In this document: positions 10,779-18,835 of the stretch, one piece after another
How the letters are laid out: every line of letters starts with the position of its first letter
Numbering within the stretch: the first letter of the stretch is position 1
Assembly: GCA_038823825.1 (NCBI GenBank)
Contig: JAWBCC010000001.1
Location: forward strand, 1 to 32,000
Direction of reading: 5' to 3'
Source: Candidatus Hadarchaeales archaeon
Lineage (GTDB): Archaea > Hadarchaeota > Hadarchaeia > Hadarchaeales > Hadarchaeaceae
Length of the DNA: 32,000 nucleotides
The notes under the pieces: generated by a model
The model's database searches: none
What the model was told of the DNA's origin: nothing
Seen by the model: the letters and a program-made list of their open reading frames with translations, nothing else
Program-made: the position numbers and the translations under genes

Positions 10779-11374
10779 CTCCTCTCCTCCAGATATCTCA
10801 TTACGAGTTCATAATTCTCTCGTCCCATGCTTCCAAGTAAATAGAGTCTAGAAAATATCTCACTTACCTTGGATAAGGAAACGAGCGTTATTCCTTCTTT
10901 TTTGAGATTTTGTTCGGCTCCTTCTTCTCTATCCACAAACACAACGGCGTATCTCAAAATTCCGCCTTTTTCTTTAATCGAGAGAGCGGCTTTCAACAAG
11001 CTTTCTCCAGTGGTAGCCACATCGTCAACCAGGATAACCCTATTTCCAGGTTCCAATTCACCCTCGATCTCGCTCTCGGTCCCATGGGTCTTTTTTTCTT
11101 TTCTGACGTAAATCAGGGGTTTTTTCAGTTTGTAAGCAACAATTGTGGCAATTGGTATGCCCGCGGTTGCGACACCAGCGACTCTGTCAAACTCCCCCAG
11201 CGTTTTTATAATTTCTACGTAATCATTCGTAATCTCGTCGAAGATGGCTGGGTAAGAAATAATCTTTCTCAGGTTGATATAGTATGGGCTGATTCTACCT
11301 GAAGAAAGCCTAAACTCGCCAGTCATAATACATCCGAGCTCGGCTAGCTTTAAGTAAATTTCATCTCTTGGCAT
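10757..11374 (-). CDS. pyrE: Orotate phosphoribosyltransferase
   Basis: Type I PRTase motif VILVDDVATTGESLL; operon context. Confidence 0.94.
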   Translation of the reverse strand: MPRDEIYLKLAELGCIMTGEFRLSSGRISPYYINLRKIISYPAIFDEITNDYVEIIKTLGEFDRVAGVATAGIPIATIVAYKLKKPLIYVRKEKKTHGTESEIEGELEPGNRVILVDDVATTGESLLKAALSIKEKGGILRYAVVFVDREEGAEQNLKKEGITLVSLSKVSEIFSRLYLLGSMGRENYELVMRYLEERRCSKTEM

Positions 11375-12155
11375 TCCTGATCGCCTCCAAGATCTCTTTT
11401 GCTTTCTTAGCTGGTTCGGAACTCTCAGTTATCGACCTGCCTATTATCTCAAAGTCCGATCCGGCGACTATTGCTGATCCGAATGGAGTACCCTGAGCTC
11501 CGACCCCCGGCGAAAAAATCGGCTTATCAAACATCTTCCTAGCCTTCCTAATGATGTCTGGTCTGCTTGCAGGAAGCACGAAGCCATCGACTCCTGCAGA
11601 GTCGGCAATCAGAAGGAGTTTCAAAAAGTTCTTGTTGAGGAAATCGTTCGCTCCTGCATGACTCATCGCGCATAGCCCCAAAACTCCTCTATCCTTCTTT
11701 TTTGCCAATTTCACTACCGGGATCAAACCATCTTTGGCTCCTATGGCGGCGTGAGCGATTATTCCGTCAAAACCGGCATCGAAGAGCAACCCCGCCGTCA
11801 GCACGTTTATGTGCCCAATGTCCGCCATCTTCGTGTCGCAGATGAAGAAGTACCTTTTGGTATGCTCTCTTGTCAGCCGTTTTATTCCGTCAAGTCCCAA
11901 CGAAAGCAGAAGTGGTAAACCGATTTTGATTCCGGATACATAGTCTTCTAACTCCAATAGCAGAGCTTCAAGTTTTTTCAGAGATTCTTTTTTGTTGCAA
12001 AAGGATTCGGTGTAGTCTGGCAAAAAATCGAGAGCTAAAACAATCGGAGTTCCCTTCTTTTCGCGCAACGTCTCTATTTTTTTATGGAATTTTTCACTCA
12101 CAAGCCCTTCCTTATCTACATCCACGAAAGATAAAAGCGTGTCGAGTCTAGGCAT
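11361..12155 (-). CDS. pyrF: Orotidine-5'-phosphate decarboxylase
   Basis: VLALDF, CDTKMADIGHIN, FSPGVGAQG; operon context. Confidence 0.9.
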   Translation of the reverse strand: MPRLDTLLSFVDVDKEGLVSEKFHKKIETLREKKGTPIVLALDFLPDYTESFCNKKESLKKLEALLLELEDYVSGIKIGLPLLLSLGLDGIKRLTREHTKRYFFICDTKMADIGHINVLTAGLLFDAGFDGIIAHAAIGAKDGLIPVVKLAKKKDRGVLGLCAMSHAGANDFLNKNFLKLLLIADSAGVDGFVLPASRPDIIRKARKMFDKPIFSPGVGAQGTPFGSAIVAGSDFEIIGRSITESSEPAKKAKEILEAIRNAKR

Positions 12156-12199
12156 ATATAAGCATATTTGTGTACAGGGAACGGATTATTAACCTTTCG

Positions 12200-12215
12200 C
12201 AAATTTTCGAAAAAC
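12200..12215 (-). promoter_or_regulatory. Possible archaeal BRE/TATA-like element for the pyrF-led operon
   Basis: Reverse-strand AT-rich GGTTAATAA near 12190-12200 preceded by CGAAA, about 40-50 nt upstream of pyrF ATG (12155). Exact element and coordinates are uncertain. Confidence 0.25.
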
Positions 12216-12239
12216 TCCGAGTTTAGAGTTTCTTTTTAA

Positions 12240-12261
12240 GGACAACTAAGAGAAGTTGTTC
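12240..12261 (+). other. Short inverted repeat / hairpin in the 5' leader of the 12274 gene
   Basis: GG-ACAACT-aagaga-AGTTGT-TC: six Watson-Crick pairs plus one G-T and one G-C pair, just before the SD GAGGTGA. Confidence 0.45.
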
Positions 12262-12273
12262 TGAGGTGAAAAA

Positions 12274-12768
12274 ATGCAGTTTAGGAATGGAAGAACTCTG
12301 ACGAGAGCCGGTTGGATAGCAGTCATCGCCCTGATTGCAAGCGTAGGACTGGCCGTCGCTGCGCTTAGATTAACCGTGAGGTTTGGAGCCACGGTAGTTT
12401 CTGCGCCAATAACATGGCAGTTTATCGGAGTTGATAACTCGGAAAATATACCGATTCCGGATGGCGGAGAGACAACGTTCTGGATAAGCTTCACGAACCA
12501 GTCTGGTAGGTTCCAGGGAGTTGCAGTTTACTCAACAGTGTTTGACGTAAGCGGAGGTAAGGTCTGGTCAGGTCTCTATGATAATGCCACAGGAAACGAG
12601 CTACCGGACTCGGATTATGGTGCCAACTACAAGAGGCTAGATCTTAACGCTGGGCAAACAAGAGTGGTCAAAGTGGTTCTGGCTGATGTCAATGCTAATC
12701 CAGGCGACTACTGGATCTGGGGTCTAAATACTGGCTTCTCGTTGTTCTTGGACAACATTGTTCTGTAG
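12274..12768 (+). CDS. Membrane-anchored or secreted protein of unknown function
   Basis: 164 aa; SD GAGGTGA; N-terminal hydrophobic segment GWIAVIALIASVGLAVAALRLTVRFGA followed by a beta-rich domain. Confidence 0.7.
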   Translation: MQFRNGRTLTRAGWIAVIALIASVGLAVAALRLTVRFGATVVSAPITWQFIGVDNSENIPIPDGGETTFWISFTNQSGRFQGVAVYSTVFDVSGGKVWSGLYDNATGNELPDSDYGANYKRLDLNAGQTRVVKVVLADVNANPGDYWIWGLNTGFSLFLDNIVL

Positions 12769-12770
12769 AG

Positions 12771-12816
12771 AGGGGGGATCAGGTCTTCGGTCCCTCCCAT
12801 TATTTTTATTTTTTTA
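12771..12816 (+). terminator. Candidate intrinsic/poly-T terminator
   Basis: Imperfect G-rich/C-rich stem (GGGGGG...CTCCC), C(TTCG)G tetraloop at 12785-12790, followed by TATTTTTATTTTTTT. Confidence 0.5.
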
Positions 12817-12840
12817 ACGGGGAGAAAAGAGAGGGGACAA

Positions 12841-15800
12841 ATGAAAAATGTTTGGAAAATAATCCCATCCGTGTTGGTAATACTGTTTGTGGTCTCTTTA
12901 TGTGCTGGACTTTTTCGTCTTACCGTGAAATTCGGAGCAATGGTTGTTGGCGGTTTACCAGGAATTCTGCGATATGACGATTTCAACGATGGTGTCCTAG
13001 GCACGAACCTTGGTGGGGGTGCCGGCGCAATGTCATACGATGGGGCCCACGACCCCAGCCTGAGTTTTGTTTCTGGTTATGAAGGCACCTATGCGCTTAA
13101 AATTTCGTACAGCGTTCCAGTCGGACAATGGTGTGGTTACTGGAGTTTTTTCCTCGCGAGTCAGAAAGGATATGATATCGGCATGTTTACGGACATAAGG
13201 ATGTGGGTAAAAGGTGAGAATGGAGGAGAAAACTTCAAAATAGAACTTAAGGATGAATTCGGCACTGTTAGGACAGTTTACATTTCAATGGTCCCTGGTT
13301 TTGAGTCCGGTCTGAGCACTAGTTGGCGGGAGCTTGTTATACCTCTCTACAACTTTCCGGATTTAAACCTCTATTACGTGAAACAAGTCAACATCATCTT
13401 TGACACTTATCCATATTCTGGGACGATATATATTGACAACATTGTCTTTACGCAGTTTTCACCATACACCCCCTCTCCAATTGGTCTAGTTTTTGATGAT
13501 TTTAACGGTGGTCTTGGCCCAAACAGGCTCGGCGGATCCAACGGAACAATGGATCCAAACCCAGGCGATCCAACCGAATGGATAACAGCATCGTATGTTA
13601 CAGATTCCTATGAGGGACTTGGAGCTCTAAAATTAACATACAACCGAGGCGCGGCGAGTTGGGTGGGATACTGGAGTTTCATGAGACCCGATCAGACTGG
13701 GTACGACGTCTCGGATTATGAAAATCTCTGTATGTGGGTGAAGGGAGCGAGTGGAGGGGAAAGATTCAAAGTAGAACTAAAAGATACATCCAACAACACG
13801 AGTTCAATATATGTTACTGTTCCAGGAACAACCTATCAGAAGATATCGATACCGCTATCAGATTTCACCGGCCTCGATCTGAAAAATCTCAGACAAGTGA
13901 ATATAGTCTTCGACACCTCGCCGAACAGTGGCACGGTTTACATAGATTTGGTTCTCTTCGAGTGGGATGTTTACAAAGAGGCTCAGAAAAGAGCCTTCCT
14001 CTATTTCTGGAGGGAGATGAACCCTCAGACCGGGTTGGTCCCGGACAAGAATAGAGATAAAATGGCAAGCATCGCAGCAACTGGATTTGGCCTTTCAGCA
14101 ATATGCGTAGGAGAAAGCAGAGGTTGGATATCCAGACAAGAAGCGATGGAAAGAGTGCTAAAAGCGTTGAGATTTCTCAGAGACAATGCGGAAAAGGTTA
14201 ACGGAATGCCCTACCACTTCCTGCACGTTGACAACGGTTCTCGTTTCGGAACTTCAGAGATTTCCATAATCGATACGGCTATGCTAATGGCTGGTGTGCT
14301 CCATGTGGCTGAACATTTCAAAGAAAACCAACAAATTGTTTCATTGGCCGAGGAGATCTTCAATGCAGTTGATTGGTATTGGTTTGTCAGACCAAGTGGA
14401 ACATTTGATGCAGCTTGGTCTCCAGAGATCGGATTTTACGGGGAAAGATTTGGTTATGACGAGTACATCCTAGCCGGGATAATCGGTCTGGGTTCCTCAA
14501 CGAAGCCACTTCCAAGAAGCAGTTGGGATGTCTGGAGATCGGGATACAAGTGGGCTTCTTATGAAAATTACACTTTCCTCTGTCCAGGCGGTTACATGAG
14601 ACCGACTTCTTACTTGTATCACTTTCCGGCCTCTTGGATAGATTTCAGGAATAAACACGATAACTATGTCGATTACTGGGACACGATGGTAAACGCTCTC
14701 TTGGCCAACCGTGAATATTGTAGAGACTGGGCTGAAAACTATCCAGAGTATGACGACAATCTCTGGGGATGGAATGCCTGTGAGGGGCCTGAGGGATATC
14801 TCGGCTGGGATCCATTCCGTGGAACAATAGCACCCTCTGCTGTTGTAGGCTCGGTTCCATTCTTCCCAGATTTTGCAGTTCCAGATGTCCGCTATATTTA
14901 CGAACATTACGGGGAGAACATATGGGGCATCTACGGCTTCAAGGATTCAATGGATTCGGGCTATAACTCCGGTCGAGGCTGGTTCTGCGAGAACTTCGTC
15001 GGAATAAACAAAGGTCCGGAAGTTCTATTACCAGAAGCCTACATTAGCGGTCTAGTATGGAAGGAGATGATGAACAATTTCTACATCTTGGAGGGTCTCA
15101 GAAAAGCGGGCTTCGTCTGGCGTATATATCCGAGTGATGACACATTTGTTGACAATGTATATCCAAACACAAATTATGGTCAGCAAAGCCAACTCAAAAT
15201 CGAGAATAGTTCCTCTTCAATCAAACTCACGTACATGAAGTTTGATCTTTCTGGTTTACCATCAACCTTTGGAATCGGCGAGGCTAGGCTCAACTTATTT
15301 GTCTACGAGAACGCTCAAGCATACGTAATCGCATACGGGGTGGAAAACGATGCTTGGACGGAAAACAGTTTGGTTTGGAACAATCGTCCGCCCTATGGAG
15401 AAATCATCGACAATGTTCAATGCGAGAACGGATGGATTTCTCTAGATGTTACCCAATGGGCAAGAGCGCAGTTCAACATTGACCGAAAGCTTTCGCTTGT
15501 ACTCGCGATAAGTCAGGGCTCGGCAAGTTTCAGATCTGAGGAATATATGGAGAACAGGTCTCAGAGGCCTTATCTCGGAGTAAAGCTCGCCTCAACAAGA
15601 ACGGTAACGGAAAGACTTCTCCCAATCGAAGACACGTATACGGATTACGAGAAGCGGAACACTCCGATGGGGGAAAATAATCCGAAAAGATTGGCCGTAA
15701 GTGGAGTTTCAGGATACTATCGCAGATCATATCTCAAATTTGATATGTCTAGTTTACCGAAGGAGGCGAAGATTTCAGAAGCGAGGTTGTGGGTTTATGC

Positions 15801-16941
15801 CAGAGAAATAATTAATCCTGGCAACCAGGTCAAAGTTGTTTACGCGTGTAGACTTGAAAATGACAACTGGAAAGAGACAACATTGACCTGGAACACGCAG
15901 CCTGAGAACGGGCCAGTGATTAGCGAGAATTCGATTTCAACCACCGGTTGGATTTCGTGGGACGTGACGGCTTGGGTACAGAATCAGATGAGTGTGGATA
16001 ACATTGTGTCTATCATTCTTAGAACAATTGAACCGGCTAACACGGTTGAACCCTGGTTTGAATCAAAGGAAGAAGTTTTAGGCCACATACCATTCCTGGA
16101 GATAAAATACTACGAACTACGTGGAGCGCCGGTCCTCCTATCGCCCGAGAACAATGCAACGACTTTTGACAACACCCCGACCTTCACTTGGATTCCCGGT
16201 GGAGGAGCAGAATCTCACATTCTGCAAATAGACAACGATCCGGACTTCAGCTCCCCAGTCTATGAAAATAGAAACCTTGCAGGAAACGCTAATCAGTGCA
16301 CCATCGAAAACGAACTCGCACAGGACAATTACTATTGGCGGGTCGGAGCAGTTTTTGAGGGAACAACAGTTTGGTCAGAATCTAGAAGACTACAAGTTCT
16401 GCGCAGCATGACACTGGTCATCTATCCATCAGCTGATGCCAAAGTAGAAAGTAGTTCACCTGACACAAACTATGGAAACGAAACTCATATCGCTGCAGCC
16501 GCACCCAATCCGAGTTTCTATAGAAGATCCTTCTTGAAATTTGATCTTTCTTCCATCCCGAGCGGTGGCTCGATTATTGATGCAAAACTCTATCTTTACA
16601 AGTATGGTGAGGGAGGAACAGAACCGGGAGACACGAACAGAAATGTTGGAGTCTACCGTGTCGATAACGACGACTGGTCAGAATCGGTGATAACTTGGAA
16701 CAACCAGCCAGCAATAGGCTCACTCGAGAATTATATTTACACACCAACTTCGACCGGCTTCTGGGAGGTCTGGAACATCACAAATTGGGCGGACAACCAG
16801 TACAAGGGTGATAGAATTCTTTCGATTGCTATTAGAATGGTTGATGAGAGAAGTGACTGGAACAGCGCGGAGCCATATTGGTATTCAAAGGAGTGGGGCA
16901 CTCCCTCTCAGCGGCCATATTTGGTTGTGACTGTTAGTTAG
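12841..16941 (+). CDS. Secreted/membrane-anchored multidomain protein: tandem carbohydrate-binding-like modules, putative glycoside hydrolase (glucoamylase-like/GH144-like), three DNRLRE/disaggregatase-related repeats and an Ig/FN3-like module
   Basis: 1366 aa; N-terminal hydrophobic segment; duplicated YDDFN...GYWSF...MWVKG..GG..FK+ELKD...QVNI+FDT..SGT+YID blocks; FLYFWREMNPQTGLVPDKNRDKMASIAATGFGLSAICVG core; three IYPS.D..V...PNTNYG...KFDLS...W.NQP repeats. Domain names come from motif recognition, not a search. Confidence 0.75.
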   Translation: MKNVWKIIPSVLVILFVVSLCAGLFRLTVKFGAMVVGGLPGILRYDDFNDGVLGTNLGGGAGAMSYDGAHDPSLSFVSGYEGTYALKISYSVPVGQWCGYWSFFLASQKGYDIGMFTDIRMWVKGENGGENFKIELKDEFGTVRTVYISMVPGFESGLSTSWRELVIPLYNFPDLNLYYVKQVNIIFDTYPYSGTIYIDNIVFTQFSPYTPSPIGLVFDDFNGGLGPNRLGGSNGTMDPNPGDPTEWITASYVTDSYEGLGALKLTYNRGAASWVGYWSFMRPDQTGYDVSDYENLCMWVKGASGGERFKVELKDTSNNTSSIYVTVPGTTYQKISIPLSDFTGLDLKNLRQVNIVFDTSPNSGTVYIDLVLFEWDVYKEAQKRAFLYFWREMNPQTGLVPDKNRDKMASIAATGFGLSAICVGESRGWISRQEAMERVLKALRFLRDNAEKVNGMPYHFLHVDNGSRFGTSEISIIDTAMLMAGVLHVAEHFKENQQIVSLAEEIFNAVDWYWFVRPSGTFDAAWSPEIGFYGERFGYDEYILAGIIGLGSSTKPLPRSSWDVWRSGYKWASYENYTFLCPGGYMRPTSYLYHFPASWIDFRNKHDNYVDYWDTMVNALLANREYCRDWAENYPEYDDNLWGWNACEGPEGYLGWDPFRGTIAPSAVVGSVPFFPDFAVPDVRYIYEHYGENIWGIYGFKDSMDSGYNSGRGWFCENFVGINKGPEVLLPEAYISGLVWKEMMNNFYILEGLRKAGFVWRIYPSDDTFVDNVYPNTNYGQQSQLKIENSSSSIKLTYMKFDLSGLPSTFGIGEARLNLFVYENAQAYVIAYGVENDAWTENSLVWNNRPPYGEIIDNVQCENGWISLDVTQWARAQFNIDRKLSLVLAISQGSASFRSEEYMENRSQRPYLGVKLASTRTVTERLLPIEDTYTDYEKRNTPMGENNPKRLAVSGVSGYYRRSYLKFDMSSLPKEAKISEARLWVYAREIINPGNQVKVVYACRLENDNWKETTLTWNTQPENGPVISENSISTTGWISWDVTAWVQNQMSVDNIVSIILRTIEPANTVEPWFESKEEVLGHIPFLEIKYYELRGAPVLLSPENNATTFDNTPTFTWIPGGGAESHILQIDNDPDFSSPVYENRNLAGNANQCTIENELAQDNYYWRVGAVFEGTTVWSESRRLQVLRSMTLVIYPSADAKVESSSPDTNYGNETHIAAAAPNPSFYRRSFLKFDLSSIPSGGSIIDAKLYLYKYGEGGTEPGDTNRNVGVYRVDNDDWSESVITWNNQPAIGSLENYIYTPTSTGFWEVWNITNWADNQYKGDRILSIAIRMVDERSDWNSAEPYWYSKEWGTPSQRPYLVVTVS
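12970..13962 (+). repeat. Tandem duplicated carbohydrate-binding-like domain within the 1366-aa protein (about 12970-13455 and 13489-13962)
   Basis: Protein-level alignment of the two blocks, e.g. MWVKGENGGENFKIELKD versus MWVKGASGGERFKVELKD and QVNIIFDTYPYSGTIYID versus QVNIVFDTSPNSGTVYID. Confidence 0.8.
15123..16938 (+). repeat. Three DNRLRE/disaggregatase-related repeats (starting near 15123, 15609 and 16416) with one Ig/FN3-like module before the third
   Basis: Repeated pattern D.(Y/F)...P..NYG/N......Y.+..L+FD+S.LP....I..A.L.LY.........V.+...D.W.E..+TWN.QP..G..I......GW..W+VT.W. in all three copies. Confidence 0.75.
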
Positions 16942-16942
16942 G

Positions 16943-18553
16943 CTAACCTAGCAAAATCTGCTCGAAAACTTCTGATTCGACTTCGTGGGCCATTGGAATT
17001 CCTGTAACCTCTGAGGCAAGTCTTGTCAGCGCAATCAGATCGTCTCTGTTTATTAGATTTAGCTTGAACTTTCTGGCTCCAGCCATCAATTGTTTTAGCC
17101 CCACACCGATTCTGTCCGTTAGGTAGGTGTATACGCCGATCGCCGAAAGAGGAATCCTTTCAAAGTCCTTTCCATATTTCTGTTTCAACTCAGGAATCGC
17201 AACAAAGAATTTTTCAGGTTCAGCTCCAAAATTCTCGGCAAAGTCTTTTGGTAGCTTCCCCTCTCTCGCGAGCTCGATGAAATATGTGGATTTCATCGCC
17301 GCTGTTAGTGGTGCTCTCGCCATTGTTATTGCTTTGACAAACGGTCCATCCCCAAAGTTGCTCATCGCTATGCTCTTGAAGATTTGAGTTTCGTTTATGA
17401 AACCTCCAGCCATGCTTATATCTGGAACATACTTTCCATGTTTCTTTAGAATTTGAGCACACTTCAACACTTGTGCTTCCAAATACACTGTAGGTGTTCC
17501 CATCTCATTCATCATCGGAACTGGACTCATTCCGGTTCCACCACCAGCACCATCGAACGTTATGTAGTCCACTTTCGCTTCGGAAGCAACTTTCATCGTC
17601 CAAGCCACATCTACAGGTCTGTAAGCACCAGTCTTGATGGAAACTTTTTTTGCCCCCTGTTCGCGTAGCCACTCTACGTCTTCGACAAAATCTCTTTCGG
17701 ATGGCATGCCAACCCTACTGTGTCTTTCAAAAGTTTTGAAATATCCGGCCTTAAACGCTTCTTGAACAGCTTTGTCTTCCGGGTCCGGAATAACTAAATA
17801 ACCTCTTTTCTTTAGCGTCAAGGCTCGCTCGATAGAGTTAAGTCTAACTTCTCCTCCAATCGCTTTGGCCCCCTGTCCCCATTTTCTCTCGATTATATTG
17901 ACTTCTAGCTTGGATATCACGTAAACATCAACCCCGAGTCTTTGATCTTCTACATTAGTCTGCACAGCCACATCTCCATGTTTTCCGTCCCAGAACTCTC
18001 TGAATTTTTTAACACGGTGTTCCATATCAGGAGACTTGGATATTTTGCCGTTTGTGAGCTCGGCTTCAGGGTCCATTCCACAGACGTTTTCCCCTATTAT
18101 CAAAATTATTCCGGAGAGGGCGGCTCCAACAGCTAACGAATCCCAGTAGTTCTTTGCAACGGCTGTAGATCCATAAGCTCCAGAAGCCAGCGGGAGCTTC
18201 AGCCGTACCCCACCGAGCTCTGATGTTATATCAACATTTGGGAAAAGTGCAAGATCCGAATCCGCCGGAATTCCCTCGGCCCCACGTAGCCGAGCGAGAA
18301 TGTTGAAGTGCGACCAGTCGAGTCCGTAGTTCTTGAGAGATGCCGCCGTGCTTTGACCGAAATATTCTGGTATCGGATATAAAACCTCTCTACCTCGAAA
18401 CGCTGAAAGACCGATTTCACAGAGAAATGGACATTCCTTTACGCAGATCGGGCACATTCCGCTTGTTGGGCTAACATCTCTGACTCTCGTTCTGGTTCCG
18501 GTAGTCGATTGCGCGTTCAAATACGACGAATTTTTCATCACGCGTTCTGTCAT
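16943..18553 (-). CDS. Stand-alone FMN-binding glutamate synthase domain protein (archaeal GltB domain-2 type) with cysteine-rich N-terminus
   Basis: CPICVKECPFLCEIGLSAFRGRE near the N-terminus; VSIKTGAYRP, DYITFDGAGGGTGMSPVPMMNEMG. Confidence 0.85.
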   Translation of the reverse strand: MTERVMKNSSYLNAQSTTGTRTRVRDVSPTSGMCPICVKECPFLCEIGLSAFRGREVLYPIPEYFGQSTAASLKNYGLDWSHFNILARLRGAEGIPADSDLALFPNVDITSELGGVRLKLPLASGAYGSTAVAKNYWDSLAVGAALSGIILIIGENVCGMDPEAELTNGKISKSPDMEHRVKKFREFWDGKHGDVAVQTNVEDQRLGVDVYVISKLEVNIIERKWGQGAKAIGGEVRLNSIERALTLKKRGYLVIPDPEDKAVQEAFKAGYFKTFERHSRVGMPSERDFVEDVEWLREQGAKKVSIKTGAYRPVDVAWTMKVASEAKVDYITFDGAGGGTGMSPVPMMNEMGTPTVYLEAQVLKCAQILKKHGKYVPDISMAGGFINETQIFKSIAMSNFGDGPFVKAITMARAPLTAAMKSTYFIELAREGKLPKDFAENFGAEPEKFFVAIPELKQKYGKDFERIPLSAIGVYTYLTDRIGVGLKQLMAGARKFKLNLINRDDLIALTRLASEVTGIPMAHEVESEVFEQILLG

Positions 18554-18580
18554 GGTTATCTGTTTACGTTTTTACATCCC

Positions 18581-18588
18581 ATATATAA
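18581..18588 (-). promoter_or_regulatory. TATA-box-like element for the glutamate synthase-domain gene
   Basis: Reverse strand AAAAAGCTTATATATGGG, centred about 30 nt upstream of ATG 18553, consistent with a short-leader archaeal promoter. Confidence 0.5.
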
Positions 18589-18592
18589 GCTT

Positions 18593-18666
18593 TTTGGTCA
18601 AAAAATACAAGCTGATTTTCAAATTTTTACATTATGTTAAATTTTAACAAAACTTTCTTGACCAAA
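18593..18666. promoter_or_regulatory. Inverted repeat pair, possible operator, in the divergent intergenic region
   Basis: TTTGGTCAA (18593-18601) and TTGACCAAA (18658-18666) form a perfect 9-nt inverted pair. A second palindrome GTTAAATTTTAAC lies between them (18636-18648). Confidence 0.35.
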
Positions 18667-18835
18667 GGCAAAGATTTCAATAGTGCCGAATGCAACGAAG
18701 CTATTACCGCTTTCAATGGGAAAACTATGACGATCCAGCAGGGGCCGGGGAATATAATAATAAATCGTTTAAAGTTCAAGTGAGAAAATGTGCGAACCGA
18801 AACCAATCTTCTCTCCCCAAAAAGAAAAGAGGAAA

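Noticed and set aside
14497-14907. 136-aa minus-strand ORF inside the 1366-aa protein gene
   Set aside because: Antisense to a coherent multidomain ORF; no independent support.
12841-16941. Possible phage, toxin or defence-type system made of the exported proteins
   Set aside because: No integrase, nuclease, toxin, immunity or secretion component is visible. Domains are consistent with extracellular carbohydrate processing.
18561-18830. tRNA or structured non-coding RNA in the largest clear intergenic gap
   Set aside because: I could not find a cloverleaf, CCA-type acceptor or conserved arm sequence. Only short inverted repeats and AT-rich promoter-like stretches are visible.
18788-18835. 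Upstream start for purN (MCEPKPIFSPQKEKRK...)
   Set aside because: The extra residues are not family-like. A TTTAAAG promoter-like element lies only about 15 nt upstream, and ATG 18836 follows AAGAGGAAA and begins the conserved MKVVVLFSGG.
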